Of a stretch of 61,836 bases of DNA, positions 9,270 to 20,223 are shown piece after piece. A model generated the notes under the pieces. That model saw only the letters and a program-made list of their open reading frames with translations. It was not told the origin of the DNA and did not search any database. A program made the translations under genes and the position numbers. This DNA comes from a virus (taxonomy: Duplodnaviria; Caudoviricetes). Where the stretch lies: positions 1-61,836 of IMG/VR virus record IMGVR_UViG_3300042386_001217. One strand, 5' to 3'. How positions within the stretch are numbered: position 1 is the stretch's first letter; the number at the start of each line of letters is the position of its first letter.

Positions 9270-11045
9270 TTATCTTCTTCCTCCACCGAATAACCATAAA
9301 TACTTTTCATAATCACTTTTTGTCGGATTACTACCAAATCTATCGCCATAAGAACTTGGCGACATTACTGGTATCCCAGGATTAAAATCAATTAATGATT
9401 TTTGTGTACTGTCATTATGAACTTCCCATGAGTTCAATAATGCCTTGGTTTGTTCAGTTACTTTTTCTAGTTGATTGTAGGCGTTTTGTCCAACGTATAA
9501 TGCCATTGATATTGACATAATTAAATCATCATGATGACCTTTCATGTGGTCTGGCCTACCATTTATATATACAAATGTGTTCATTTCACCCAACAATCTT
9601 GGTGAATATACTTTAAATCCATGTCTTAACGACTCTTCAAATGCTGATATAATCTGAACACGTTTAGCATTAAAATTAATTCCTGGAATTTTTTCCATTG
9701 CTTTAGGATTATAATCCCATACATTTGCATAATTAACACCATCAACATAAAGATTTTTATATCCCATTTCTTGTAGTTTTCTTGATGTTGATACACCCAT
9801 ACCACCTGTAATATCGACAACAATTAAAGAGTCATAATATACCGCCCATTTATATGCGATTTCAGCCGCAACGTCAGGTGGGATTTTACCAAGGTATTCA
9901 GCAACTTGTTCTCTTTCGTCAAAATCAACAACTTGAAACGATGTGTAATCTTCTGAATCACCTCTTGAAACGTCAATACCCATAATGTATCTGTGTCCGA
10001 CTTGTGGTTCTTTCCAAATCCAAAGTTGATTTTGTACCATTTTGGATTCTGGTTGACATACCATCTCAGTTCTTATTTTTTCAATAATTTTACTATCTAT
10101 AACATTATCACCTGAACCCAAGAAATTACATTCTAATTCCTGTGATATTTTTCTTCTATCAAACTTTAATTTTTTGGCCATTTTTTCAAACCAATCAGAA
10201 TGTGGTTTGTAACCTTCATCCATTAGTTTTTTAAAATCGTCATAATTTCTTTCATTGTGTGGGACACCCTCATAAGAAATTGTTTCTAAATCTTTGTATT
10301 CGTCCCTATTGAGATAATAATGAATAATATCTTTAACTTTAATGAATTGTAAGTCTTTGGTATATCTTGGGTCTCTCCACCAATACATTTCAGTTATTTT
10401 AAAGTTATTCATCCCCTTAATTGATTGGTCATAGATTGGATAATAAATCGAATCATAACCATTCGGAGTTGAAATAACTATAACTTTACCACCTGTTGAA
10501 AGTGATGCCATACAAGCTGCCCAAAAGTCGTCACCCGCCTCAATGTAAGCAGCCTCGTCAAATATTAATACGGTAGGGGTATAACCACGAAGTGCGTCAT
10601 TAGATGTTGCAACCGCTTTAACCTCACAACCATTCGTTAGTTTCCAATGGCGAGCAGCATTTTTTTCACTTGAGAAATCAATTCCCATCCAATTTGGCCA
10701 CTGTTCTGTAAATTGTTTAATTTTGTTTGCAAATTCGACAGACGTGTCCAATTTGTTGGCAATGATAAGAATCTTTTCAGGTTTTTCTTTTTTTGCAAAT
10801 ACTAACTTTTTTGATGTCCACGCGGCTGTTACTGTAGAAACACCTGCTTGACGATATTTTAATGCGATGTTTTCTTCGTATTCATCGTAGTCATTAACAA
10901 GTTGTATTTGGTCTGAAAATAAATCTAAAGGTACAAAACGTTGTACCGTGTTGTCATATGTTTGAAGATATGTTCTTAATGCATAAGGTGTACTCTTGAC
11001 ACATTTTGCATATTCAATAAGTGCTTGTTCTCTATTTAAGCTCAT
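9270..11045 (-). CDS. terL: Terminase large subunit
   Basis: KYRQAGVST Walker A, LIFDEAA Walker B, ISTPNG, QELECNF, GIDVSRG.SEDY and HDDLIMS nuclease motifs. Confidence 0.95.
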   Translation of the reverse strand: MSLNREQALIEYAKCVKSTPYALRTYLQTYDNTVQRFVPLDLFSDQIQLVNDYDEYEENIALKYRQAGVSTVTAAWTSKKLVFAKKEKPEKILIIANKLDTSVEFANKIKQFTEQWPNWMGIDFSSEKNAARHWKLTNGCEVKAVATSNDALRGYTPTVLIFDEAAYIEAGDDFWAACMASLSTGGKVIVISTPNGYDSIYYPIYDQSIKGMNNFKITEMYWWRDPRYTKDLQFIKVKDIIHYYLNRDEYKDLETISYEGVPHNERNYDDFKKLMDEGYKPHSDWFEKMAKKLKFDRRKISQELECNFLGSGDNVIDSKIIEKIRTEMVCQPESKMVQNQLWIWKEPQVGHRYIMGIDVSRGDSEDYTSFQVVDFDEREQVAEYLGKIPPDVAAEIAYKWAVYYDSLIVVDITGGMGVSTSRKLQEMGYKNLYVDGVNYANVWDYNPKAMEKIPGINFNAKRVQIISAFEESLRHGFKVYSPRLLGEMNTFVYINGRPDHMKGHHDDLIMSISMALYVGQNAYNQLEKVTEQTKALLNSWEVHNDSTQKSLIDFNPGIPVMSPSSYGDRFGSNPTKSDYEKYLWLFGGGRR

Positions 11046-11064
11046 TAAATATAAATATCCCGAA

Positions 11065-12405
11065 TTATCCCTTCGGTTTATCTATACCAAAATCATCTAA
11101 AAATGATAAGTCAATATTATCGTCATCATCGTCATCTGATGGTGGAAGTGTTGGCATATCCTCATCGTCATCATCTTCATACGAATCAAAACTTCCTAAA
11201 ATTTCTTCCAAATCCATCTTATTTAAATCATCAATTACCGTATCGGCAATTTCTTCCATTTCAGAATATGCGGATTGGTCACCACTATTAATTCTTTGAG
11301 CTAAAGAAATAAATCTTCTTTTTGGTATTTTAATCATTTCTCTAAAAACAAGTCCTTGAACTGTTTTCATACCTTCCTCATCTTCAAATATCTTAGCAGG
11401 TAACGCTTCTCTTAGTTTCTCCCAAAGATATGCACCTATGATAATATCAAAAATTTCATTTACCGCAGTATCTGCAACACCTCTAACCATTTGAGCTTGT
11501 ACTGGGTCTTCAGGTAGTGAAGGCGCCAAAATAATATCTTTATAACCTTTTAATAATTCGTGAACCAAAATTGGAAATATAACACCTCTTGCTTTAACAA
11601 TTAAATTACCTGTTTGTTCTCCGTTTTCATCTTCCTCAAACTCAACTTCTTCATCACCACCAAATCCTTGACCTGACGCTGAAATCTGTTCTAATGTTTC
11701 AGGTGGGAACATCCAATAAAGATAATCATTCATAGCCATCAAAGCACCATATTTGTCTGTAATTCCTGGCTCCATTTCTTCTAATCTTTCTCTTACTAAT
11801 TCAAACATGTAGTGTCCTTTTTTGGCAAATCCTTGGGATATTGCATTAAAGAATCTACGTCTTGCAACCATGTAATCAAAGTTTTCAAACGCATCTAAAA
11901 ATTCATCCACATCTTCACCATGCGCTGCAAATGCTTGTTCAATATCTTCAGATGAAAATTCTTCAGATGTTTTTTGAAGATTTGGATTTACAGGACCTCC
12001 TATTGGCATGAACTTCGCGTCAAATTTAATATAACCTCTGTATTTCGGGTCTAACAATTCGTTTTCAGCCAATTCTACAGCCATATTTTCAAGTTCTCTT
12101 TCCCTTGAAGATTCAAATCTTTTGATGTCACCCAAGGTTCTCATCATAGTCATTTGAAGACCCATAAGGTCTCTTGGTGCATTTACACCCAAATATCTTT
12201 GTAATTTTCCAACAACATCTGAAAATCTTTTTGTTGCTGCTTTTTCTTCAAAAGACTGTCTCTCATTTTCTTTCTTTTTTGGTAAGAATGGACTGTCTGA
12301 GTATGGAGTATCACCACGTTCAATTTTTGATTTTAACTGAGGGTTCATTCTAAAACCTTCAGGTTCATCTATAGGTGCTTCAAATATACGATTTCTGTTT
12401 TTCAT
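11065..12405 (-). CDS. Hypothetical protein with acidic tail
   Basis: 446-aa ORF in the morphogenesis operon. Confidence 0.8.
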   Translation of the reverse strand: MKNRNRIFEAPIDEPEGFRMNPQLKSKIERGDTPYSDSPFLPKKKENERQSFEEKAATKRFSDVVGKLQRYLGVNAPRDLMGLQMTMMRTLGDIKRFESSRERELENMAVELAENELLDPKYRGYIKFDAKFMPIGGPVNPNLQKTSEEFSSEDIEQAFAAHGEDVDEFLDAFENFDYMVARRRFFNAISQGFAKKGHYMFELVRERLEEMEPGITDKYGALMAMNDYLYWMFPPETLEQISASGQGFGGDEEVEFEEDENGEQTGNLIVKARGVIFPILVHELLKGYKDIILAPSLPEDPVQAQMVRGVADTAVNEIFDIIIGAYLWEKLREALPAKIFEDEEGMKTVQGLVFREMIKIPKRRFISLAQRINSGDQSAYSEMEEIADTVIDDLNKMDLEEILGSFDSYEDDDDEDMPTLPPSDDDDDDNIDLSFLDDFGIDKPKG

Positions 12406-13418
12406 TATTTTAAATTATAACCTAATTTAGTGAAAGTATCAAAACTTAACCATTTTGGTACTCTACCTTTAGGACCTGGCTTTTGAGCTGGTTCTATTTT
12501 AAATGGGTTTTTTCTACTTGGTTTTTCTTTTTCCTTTTCTTTTTCCTTTGTTCTTTCAGGTGCTTTAGCAGGTGCTGCACTTCCAGCTTCACCTAATTCA
12601 CCTTTAGGACCTGGCTTTTGTTCAGGTTTTATTCTAAAAGGATTTTTTGTTTTTGGTTTTTCCTTTTCTTTAGTTTTTTCTTTTTCTTTTGGAGCAGCTT
12701 CACCAGCACCCTTAGGACCTGGCTTTTGAGAAGGTTCTATTTTAAAAGGATTACCAGGTTTTTTCTTTTCTTTTTCCTTTTCTTTAGTTCTATCAGGAGC
12801 TTCCTTAGTTCTTGTTGAGGATTCGATTAATTCCATGAGGTCTTTTTTACTTATTGACTCAGGTATATACTTTTCAACTAACTTTGTCAAGCTTTCTTCA
12901 AGTTTTTTTACTGATTCGGCCTTTTCAGGTAACTTTTTAAAGTTTGTTTTATCTGAAAATTCTTTAGCCCATTTACACCATTTTTCTTTAGCTCTTTCAC
13001 TTTTTGAACTATTGCATTTCCACCAAAAATATTTTTGTTGTCTTTTAGATTCAAATCTTTCATTTAATTCTTTATCAGAATCGTCATCCATACCATCAGG
13101 AGCCATTTTTTGATGTGGTGTTTGAGTTATTTCACCAGCGCTTGGGTCTTCAACATCCATTTCAGTATCTTCATTAGTCACAATTAAACCACCTTGTTGA
13201 GTTGGTTTAACTTCTTTTCCGCCTGGCATTGCCAAACCTTTTTGTGCCATCTGTTTTACTTCATCAGGTGTATATTCCATACCTGTTGTTTGAAATGGTC
13301 TTGCTTCAACCAATCTATTATACAATAGATTTACTTGAGACTCCGATAAACCTCTTAATGTATTATAACTGAACCCTTCAGTTATTAGTTTTTCTATTTT
13401 TGAACCTATGTTAGACAT
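12405..13418 (-). CDS. Hypothetical protein with three KEKEK..NPF(K/R)I.P.QKPGPKG repeats
   Basis: 337-aa ORF overlapping its neighbours; internal repeats. Confidence 0.8.
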   Translation of the reverse strand: MSNIGSKIEKLITEGFSYNTLRGLSESQVNLLYNRLVEARPFQTTGMEYTPDEVKQMAQKGLAMPGGKEVKPTQQGGLIVTNEDTEMDVEDPSAGEITQTPHQKMAPDGMDDDSDKELNERFESKRQQKYFWWKCNSSKSERAKEKWCKWAKEFSDKTNFKKLPEKAESVKKLEESLTKLVEKYIPESISKKDLMELIESSTRTKEAPDRTKEKEKEKKKPGNPFKIEPSQKPGPKGAGEAAPKEKEKTKEKEKPKTKNPFRIKPEQKPGPKGELGEAGSAAPAKAPERTKEKEKEKEKPSRKNPFKIEPAQKPGPKGRVPKWLSFDTFTKLGYNLK

Positions 13419-13815
13419 GTGTTAAATCTTTTTCTATTTTTAATACTATATCTCTTTCGTATAGTTTATCGATTACTTTTTCTTCTGTGTCACCAAAATG
13501 AAAAACTAATCGTGTTTGGCTTTCATCATAATATTCGTTTTCTATATCTTCCCACGCCAACGCAATTACATTATCCACTGCGTCATATATGGAAAAAAAG
13601 TCAGAGTTTTGAATGACGTTTAATTTTATTTTGTCATTTTTCAAAACACCGACTTTAGATATAAAATCAATGTGTGGTGGTTGGGGGTTTCCTCCTGCTG
13701 GAGATGAATCCCAACCCTCACCATCTATTTCGTTTTCTGTTGAGAATATAAACTCGTAAAGATTATCACCTTTAAAGTTTGGACCCAACTCGTTTACAAA
13801 AACTAACTTATTCAT
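13411..13815 (-). CDS. Hypothetical protein
   Basis: 134-aa ORF overlapping both neighbours. Confidence 0.8.
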   Translation of the reverse strand: MNKLVFVNELGPNFKGDNLYEFIFSTENEIDGEGWDSSPAGGNPQPPHIDFISKVGVLKNDKIKLNVIQNSDFFSIYDAVDNVIALAWEDIENEYYDESQTRLVFHFGDTEEKVIDKLYERDIVLKIEKDLTHV

Positions 13816-15065
13816 AGAATTTCACCTCTTGGAGAAACTTTGATTTGTTTTCCATCATTTTCAAAAACCAAGTTTTTTAAATTGGTCTTACCAACAAACT
13901 TAGCGTTTTCATTTTCACTTAAGATAAATTCTGCAGTTAATTCTTGTTCTATTGTTTCGGAAAGTTTTTTAATTTCATCAATTACACCAACTTTGTTGAT
14001 TTTTCTTTTGATGAAAGTTTTTACTTTTTTCTTTTCACTTTGTTTTTTTTCTTCTTCAGTTATTACGAAATATTTTGATAAAATTTTATCAACTTTAGAT
14101 TCTGTAAATAACTCATCTAAAAATCTTCCGTGTTTGTGACTTGATTCACCTACCTCAGGTTGAACAGACACTTCATCTGAACCGTCAGCACCTAAATCTA
14201 AAGGAACTTCGTCTGTTGTTGCTCCCATAGCTGGCTCCGACATATCCATAGATTCGTCACCCGTTTCCTCACCTTCAATTTTACCAACAATTTCTTCAAT
14301 ATCAGTATCCTCTAATACTGATAAATCTAAAGCAGATAAAACAGAATTTAAAACGTATTTAACGTCTTCAGGTGTCATTTCGTTTTCATCACCAAAAGTT
14401 CTTAATTTTTGACCTAATTTTCCTGTAAGTTTTTGAATTGTTTTAAAAGTTACCTCTTCTCCTTCGTCACCCATATCACCCATTGGTTCAGTTCCCATAT
14501 CACCCATTGGTTCAGTTCCCATATCATCCATTGGTTCAGTTCCCATATCATCCATTGGTTCAGTTCCCATATCATCCATTGGTTCAGTTCCCATATCACC
14601 CATTGCAGGTGCAGATGGTTCAGGTGCTGCTGGAGGTGTTGGTAATTCAGCCGCAGGTTCTGATGGTGCCGCAGGTATCTGTTGTTTTGGTGTTTTTAAT
14701 ACAAACTTTTTTTCTTCACCAAACAATTCAGTACCATTAATATTTTCATTAAGTCTATTTAATTCACCAGCCAAAAGATTTAATTTCTTAAATGCTTGTG
14801 AATATGACTTCATATACTTTCTATTAGCCATTGGTTCTACATAATCCAAAGAAGATTCTGTCAAACCTCTTTTAAGAATATATCCATTTTTTTCATTAAC
14901 AATTCCATAAACATATCCATCTGCTAATGTTCTTGTATATGAAGTTGTTTCATTAATATTTATTTCTTCTTTAGGAGCTTCACCGTATCTTGCAATTTCC
15001 ATGATACGTGCAATTTTTTCCATTCCTTGAAGTTTTTCGCTACCTATTGGTTTTAAATCTGCCAT
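13812..15065 (-). CDS. Hypothetical acidic protein with M(G/D)DMGTEP repeats
   Basis: 417-aa ORF with an internal tandem repeat. Confidence 0.8.
   Translation of the reverse strand: MADLKPIGSEKLQGMEKIARIMEIARYGEAPKEEININETTSYTRTLADGYVYGIVNEKNGYILKRGLTESSLDYVEPMANRKYMKSYSQAFKKLNLLAGELNRLNENINGTELFGEEKKFVLKTPKQQIPAAPSEPAAELPTPPAAPEPSAPAMGDMGTEPMDDMGTEPMDDMGTEPMDDMGTEPMGDMGTEPMGDMGDEGEEVTFKTIQKLTGKLGQKLRTFGDENEMTPEDVKYVLNSVLSALDLSVLEDTDIEEIVGKIEGEETGDESMDMSEPAMGATTDEVPLDLGADGSDEVSVQPEVGESSHKHGRFLDELFTESKVDKILSKYFVITEEEKKQSEKKKVKTFIKRKINKVGVIDEIKKLSETIEQELTAEFILSENENAKFVGKTNLKNLVFENDGKQIKVSPRGEIL
14468..14603. repeat. 24-bp in-frame tandem repeat (~5.5 copies)
   Basis: CCCATATCA(C/T)CCATTGGTTCAGTT repeated; encodes M(G/D)DMGTEP. 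Confidence 0.9.
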
Positions 15066-15089
15066 TTTTATATTGTTTAATTTTTATTT

Positions 15090-15548
15090 TTATGAGTTTA
15101 GTCCATTAAATCCTCCCAATGTAATTGCTCCAGGTTGTGGTGCCAATCCCCTTTGGTTTCCCATCCAAATTGGATTATTTGTGTCAAACGTAACAATATC
15201 TCCAACAGTATCGCCTGTACCAGGTACATATCCAACTATTGGTTGGTTATAAATACTTGCATCTGCGTTAGTAGGAAAATTAGAAGGTGTTGGTGTTACT
15301 GTAGGAGTAACGGTTGATGTTACGGTTGGTGTAACGGTTTTTGTTGGCGTTATTGTTGGTGTAACTGATGGTGTTACGGTTTTTGTTGGCGTGATTGATG
15401 GTGTTGGCGTATTCGTTGCTGTTACAGACGGTGTTACGGTTTTTGTTGGCGTGATTGATGGTGTTGGCGTATTCGTTGCTGTTACAGACGGTGTTGGCGT
15501 AACTGTTGGTGTTTGGGTTGGGGTAGGTGTAGGTGTTTCGGTTGCCAT
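15090..15548 (-). CDS. Thr/Pro-rich repeat protein
   Basis: TPT/TPSVT repeats; TATTTAT motif upstream. Confidence 0.75.
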   Translation of the reverse strand: MATETPTPTPTQTPTVTPTPSVTATNTPTPSITPTKTVTPSVTATNTPTPSITPTKTVTPSVTPTITPTKTVTPTVTSTVTPTVTPTPSNFPTNADASIYNQPIVGYVPGTGDTVGDIVTFDTNNPIWMGNQRGLAPQPGAITLGGFNGLNS

Positions 15549-15578
15549 TTATTTTTTCTTTATAAATATACTATTTAC

Positions 15579-16376
15579 TTAAAATATTCTATTTTCTTTA
15601 AGCGATAGTTGTTTATCTATGATTTTATCTTCGGCTTCTTTGAATTTACCGATATATCCATTTCTTCTTAAAACTTTAAAAACTAAATTTTCGTAGGAAT
15701 ATTCGCCACCTTTTTTAAGACCACATTCCCTATAATTTTTTAATTTTTTACCATATTTTTTAAATAATTCAGATGAGGTTTCAATATCTTCATTACTTGC
15801 CGCATCAATCACACCATCAATAATTTCCATCCATTGTTCAGATTTTTCTTTAACTTTATTTAAATCTATTTTTGGATTTTCTCTTTTTGGTGAAATTACC
15901 CAATCGTTATCTAATACAGAATAAATTCCTGCAGAAAAACGAGGACCACCACTACTGTCTTCAATATACACCTCAACATCATACCCTTTAATTTTTATAT
16001 CATGTTTTAAATTAAAAGCCTTTTTCTTTAATTTAAACAACTCTTCATATAGTTCAGAATCTTTACCGTAATTAGATAATGAGGTTATAATATGTAAATC
16101 AACATCCGAATATTCGGACCAATTATAGTTGGCCAACGAACCTGTCATTCTAATATCTTCAACGAAAATATCAACTTTAACGTAGTCAATAAAAAGTTCG
16201 GCAATTTTTAATAATCTTTCTCTTATTTCAGGTTTTAGTTTCAACGACGAAGCATCAACCTCGTTCATAGGTTTGTCAGTTGGATTACTCCAAATTTCAG
16301 ATGATAATTCATCTTTTACTTCAAAACTTTTTATTATTGTTTCGACATTCTTCACAATAATAAATACAACAAACAA
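15579..16376 (-). CDS. Pol-beta superfamily nucleotidyltransferase
   Basis: hGS..NY.W...SDVDLH motif and a third acidic site (YDVEVY); true start may be GTG 16355. Confidence 0.8.
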   Translation of the reverse strand: MFVVFIIVKNVETIIKSFEVKDELSSEIWSNPTDKPMNEVDASSLKLKPEIRERLLKIAELFIDYVKVDIFVEDIRMTGSLANYNWSEYSDVDLHIITSLSNYGKDSELYEELFKLKKKAFNLKHDIKIKGYDVEVYIEDSSGGPRFSAGIYSVLDNDWVISPKRENPKIDLNKVKEKSEQWMEIIDGVIDAASNEDIETSSELFKKYGKKLKNYRECGLKKGGEYSYENLVFKVLRRNGYIGKFKEAEDKIIDKQLSLKENRIF

Positions 16377-16619
16377 TTACAATTTTTTAAAATCGAATTT
16401 TTTGTTGATTTGTGAAGAAAAATATTTTCCTTGTGATTCCGCAAGTCTGAATTGAACGTACATTTCATGTGGTACATCTTTGTATTCATATTCTTGACCT
16501 GTACTAAATTTTACCGTCATTGTTTTTGTTGCGGTATCATATTTGCTTTCTGTAATGTTTGATGATTTAACAATATTGTATATTACAGTTCCTTTGATTT
16601 CTTCTCTTAAAATAGCCAT
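16377..16619 (-). CDS. KTSC domain protein
   Basis: SSNI...YD.....VKF..G..YEYKDVP......AESQGKYF. Confidence 0.9.
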   Translation of the reverse strand: MAILREEIKGTVIYNIVKSSNITESKYDTATKTMTVKFSTGQEYEYKDVPHEMYVQFRLAESQGKYFSSQINKKFDFKKL

Positions 16620-16632
16620 AATAATAAATACG

Positions 16633-16661
16633 AAAAAACCCCCACTTTGTGTAGGGGTTTT
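16633..16661 (-). terminator. Intrinsic terminator
   Basis: AAAAAACCCC...GGGGTTTT hairpin after the UVR gene. Confidence 0.55.
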
Positions 16662-16664
16662 ACT

Positions 16665-17132
16665 TTAAGACTTCATTTTATTTATTTTGTCTCGGAGCTT
16701 TATTGCTGACTCAAAGTCTTGTTTTGAAATTGCTTCGTCAAGTTTTCCTTGTAGTTCCAAAAGTTCATTTTGGTTTGATTCAAATTTTCTAATCTTATCT
16801 CTTAACTCAACCGCTTTTTCAAATTCTTGTTTTTCAACACATAATTCTAATTCTTGTTTTAATTTAGAAATTGTGTCGTCAGTTTTTTTACCTTTTTGTT
16901 TAGGATTTCCATTAGTTAATGTTGTAATAACATGATACCTAAACGAACCGTCAGGTGTTGAATAGGTAGTTTTGGTCCATTCACCATTTTCATCACTACC
17001 TTTTTCTTCTTTTAATTTTGGGTGTTCATCATAATTAATGTCGAATCTGTTCATACCTTCCATCATTTCATCAAACTCTTTCATTAATTGTTTAATTGAT
17101 TTTCCGTAATTTTTTCCAAATAAGTCAAACAT
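16665..17132 (-). CDS. UvrB/UvrC (UVR) motif protein, two motifs
   Basis: QEFEKAVELRDKI and QDFESAIKLRDKI. Confidence 0.85.
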   Translation of the reverse strand: MFDLFGKNYGKSIKQLMKEFDEMMEGMNRFDINYDEHPKLKEEKGSDENGEWTKTTYSTPDGSFRYHVITTLTNGNPKQKGKKTDDTISKLKQELELCVEKQEFEKAVELRDKIRKFESNQNELLELQGKLDEAISKQDFESAIKLRDKINKMKS

Positions 17133-17274
17133 ACTTTTTTATTAAATTTAAAATGTTTATTTTTTTTACAAATATACAAAAGTGTGCCAATTAAACAATA
17201 CTGACTTTTTGTCATATTTACGTGACAATTTGACACATTTGATATTTTGGAAATAAATTTTATATTTGAACCAT

Positions 17275-19347
17275 ATGATAGACGCTGAAGACCGTAATGA
17301 AAAAATGGGTGATAAGAAAAACCCAAAGGCAGATTCAAAATCAAACACTCCCGTATTGGACAACTTTTCTCGTGACCTTATTAAATTGGCTCAAGAAGGA
17401 AAGTTAGACCCTGTTATTGGTAGAGAGAATGAAATTATCAGACTTGCTCAGATTCTTTCAAGAAGAAAGAAAAATAACCCAATATTGGTTGGTGAACCAG
17501 GTTGTGGTAAAACTGCAGTTGTTGAAGGACTTGCGATGAAAATATTTGAAGGTGATTGTCCACAAAATCTTTTGGATAAAAGAATTGTAAGTTTGGATAT
17601 GACATCAATCGTTGCTGGTACAAAGTATCGTGGTCAGTTTGAAGAACGAATGAAAGTTATTACTGACGAGTTACGTGAAGCCCATGATGTGATTATCTTT
17701 ATTGATGAAATTCACACTATTATCGGAGCTGGTAATTCTTCAGGTTCTTTGGACGCGTCTAACATATTCAAGCCCGCTCTTGCTCGTGGAGAACTCCAAT
17801 GTATCGGTGCAACTACTTTAGATGAATATCGTGAACACATCGAAAAGGATGGTGCTTTGGAAAGAAGATTTCAAAAAGTTATTGTGGAACCTACTTCAAT
17901 TACTGACACAATTAAGATTCTTGAAAAAGCAAAAGAAAATTACGAAAAACACCACAAGGTACATTTCAGTGACGAGGCAATTAAGGCTTGTGTTTATTTG
18001 GCGGATAGATACATCACAGACCGTGAGTTTCCTGACAAAGCCATTGATATCATGGATGAAGTTGGTGCTAGATGTCAAATTACAGTTAAAGTTCCCGAAA
18101 TTATTGAGGAACTTAAAGAAGAAGCTAACAAAATTAAACAATTAAAAATTGATGTTGTTAGAAACCAAAGATTTGAAGAAGCTGCAGAATTACGTGACCG
18201 TGAAAGAAAGGTTTTAAAAAGACTTCAAGAAGAAAAAGAAAACTTCGAGAACAACAGAAGCAACAACCGAAAGGAAGTTGGTGATGACATGGTTTATGAA
18301 GTTGTTGCGGCAATGACCAAAATTCCCGTGACAAAACTTTCACAAAGTGAATCAGAGTCATTGTTACATTTAGAAGAAAACCTACAACAATCCGTTATCG
18401 GTCAAAACGAAGCAGTCGCAAAGATTTCAAGAGCAATCCGTAGAAACAGGGTTGGTATTAAAGAACCAAATAAACCTATAGGTTCATTTATCTTCTTGGG
18501 TTCTACAGGTATTGGTAAGACTCACTTGGCAAAACAATTGGCAAGAGAAATCTTTGGTGATTCAGAAGCTTTAATTAGGGTTGATATGTCCGAATATCAA
18601 GAAAAATTTACAATGACAAGATTGATTGGTTCACCTCCTGGTTATGTTGGACACAATGAAGGTGGACAATTAACTGAACAGGTAAAAAACAAACCTTATT
18701 CTGTTATCTTGTTTGATGAAATTGAAAAGGCACACAAGGACATATTCACCCTTCTTCTTCAAACTATGGACGAAGGATTCTTAACAGATAGTTTGGGTCG
18801 TAAAATCAACTTCAAAAATACTTTGATTATTATGACTTCAAATATCGGAGCAAGAAAAATTCAAGACTTCGGAACTGGTGTTGGTTTTGGTACAACAACA
18901 AGAATTGAAAAAGAGGTTGAAATGAAGAAAATGATGATTGAAGATGAGCTTCGCAAATTCTTTCCACCTGAATTTATTAACCGTGTTGATGACATTGTAT
19001 TTTTCAATCCTTTGAAAGAAAATGAAATTTCTCAAATTGTTAATATCGAATTGGGTAAACTTATCAAGAGATTAGAAGGTATGAAATACCTAATCAAAAT
19101 TGATGAAACTTTGGTTTCAAAAATCGCTGAAATTGGTTTTGATGAAAAGTTTGGTGCTCGACCAATCAAAAGAGCAATTCAATCTCAAATCGAAGATTTT
19201 ATATCTGATGAAATCTTGAAGGGTAATGTTGTGATTGACAAACCATACACTTTGGGTTATCAGGATGACAAAGTGGTTTTCATTGAAGAACGGGTTGAAG
19301 AACCAAAACCTAAAAAGACAAGAAAGAAAAAGTCTGAGGTAGAATAA
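17275..19347 (+). CDS. clpC: ClpC-like AAA+ unfoldase lacking the N-terminal domain
   Basis: GEPGCGKT and GSTGIGKT Walker A motifs, [28 protein letters not shown]-type middle domain ([11 protein letters not shown]), VGF ClpP-docking loop; ATG 17275 chosen because TATATTTG lies at 17261. Confidence 0.93.
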   Translation: MIDAEDRNEKMGDKKNPKADSKSNTPVLDNFSRDLIKLAQEGKLDPVIGRENEIIRLAQILSRRKKNNPILVGEPGCGKTAVVEGLAMKIFEGDCPQNLLDKRIVSLDMTSIVAGTKYRGQFEERMKVITDELREAHDVIIFIDEIHTIIGAGNSSGSLDASNIFKPALARGELQCIGATTLDEYREHIEKDGALERRFQKVIVEPTSITDTIKILEKAKENYEKHHKVHFSDEAIKACVYLADRYITDREFPDKAIDIMDEVGARCQITVKVPEIIEELKEEANKIKQLKIDVVRNQRFEEAAELRDRERKVLKRLQEEKENFENNRSNNRKEVGDDMVYEVVAAMTKIPVTKLSQSESESLLHLEENLQQSVIGQNEAVAKISRAIRRNRVGIKEPNKPIGSFIFLGSTGIGKTHLAKQLAREIFGDSEALIRVDMSEYQEKFTMTRLIGSPPGYVGHNEGGQLTEQVKNKPYSVILFDEIEKAHKDIFTLLLQTMDEGFLTDSLGRKINFKNTLIIMTSNIGARKIQDFGTGVGFGTTTRIEKEVEMKKMMIEDELRKFFPPEFINRVDDIVFFNPLKENEISQIVNIELGKLIKRLEGMKYLIKIDETLVSKIAEIGFDEKFGARPIKRAIQSQIEDFISDEILKGNVVIDKPYTLGYQDDKVVFIEERVEEPKPKKTRKKKSEVE

Positions 19348-19376
19348 AAAAAGGGGTCGATTAAGACCCCTTTTTT
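19346..19376. terminator. Bidirectional intrinsic terminator
   Basis: AAAAAAAGGGGTC-gattaa-GACCCCTTTTTT. Confidence 0.8.
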
Positions 19377-19378
19377 AT

Positions 19379-20200
19379 TTAACTAAATAACATCCATTGT
19401 TGGACTTTTGGAACATTTGAATACATATCGTACCCAAGAGATTCAATGATTTCTTTAACCATATCAATAGAGTTAAACAAATCTTCGACAACAACGTATT
19501 CATTTGCAGTGTGGTATCTGTAGTACCCACAAGATACGTTAATACAAGAAACATTAAACCTTGCAGTGACCTGTGATACATCGGTATAAGGGTGTTGCAT
19601 CAATCTACGGTTTTGACCAATATACTTTTCAAGTAACGGTTCAACCTTATCAAAGAAATCAGAATCCCTATCAAACAATTTTACACCCCAACAATATTCG
19701 GTAATCATGTAGTTTTCAGGAGCGTCAAACTGAATACCGTAACCTACATTACTGAAAAATTCAGGGTCGGCTTTTCTTGAGCCGTGACAACCAGTTTCTT
19801 CAGAAACAAATAACGCAACTTTCAAAACAGGTAATTGTTCTAACAAATCCAAACAAGCGTACACGCCGCACTTATCGTCACCACCAATACCAACAGGCGC
19901 ACCTGTTTCTTTATGATATGCTTTAAGCGATAATTTGTCTTCACCTGAATAGTTTGGTAACATTTCTTCTCTAACCACCATTTCGGTAATTGAGTGTACC
20001 GTGTCTGTATGAGCAATCACACAAGGATAATAATCCGCAACACCTTTGGTTACGTAGATATTACCGTTTTCTTGTACTTTGTAGTCGTATCCCTTTGTAC
20101 TTAAGTAATTTACCAAATACTCAATCATGAGTTCTTCTTGATAAGTTTTGGTTGGTATGGATAATACCTCTTTTAAATGTTCTATCTTTTGCGGTGTCAT
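19379..20200 (-). CDS. Zn metallopeptidase, M20/M28 clan
   Basis: AHTDTV, GGDDKCG, SEETG, YHT..E motifs; start at 20200 follows TATCTTTG (20208-20215, minus). Confidence 0.88.
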   Translation of the reverse strand: MTPQKIEHLKEVLSIPTKTYQEELMIEYLVNYLSTKGYDYKVQENGNIYVTKGVADYYPCVIAHTDTVHSITEMVVREEMLPNYSGEDKLSLKAYHKETGAPVGIGGDDKCGVYACLDLLEQLPVLKVALFVSEETGCHGSRKADPEFFSNVGYGIQFDAPENYMITEYCWGVKLFDRDSDFFDKVEPLLEKYIGQNRRLMQHPYTDVSQVTARFNVSCINVSCGYYRYHTANEYVVVEDLFNSIDMVKEIIESLGYDMYSNVPKVQQWMLFS

Positions 20201-20223
20201 ATACATGCAAAGATACAAAAAAA

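Noticed and set aside
14468-14603. Possible CRISPR array
   Set aside because: Contiguous 24-bp in-frame repeats with no spacers; a protein repeat
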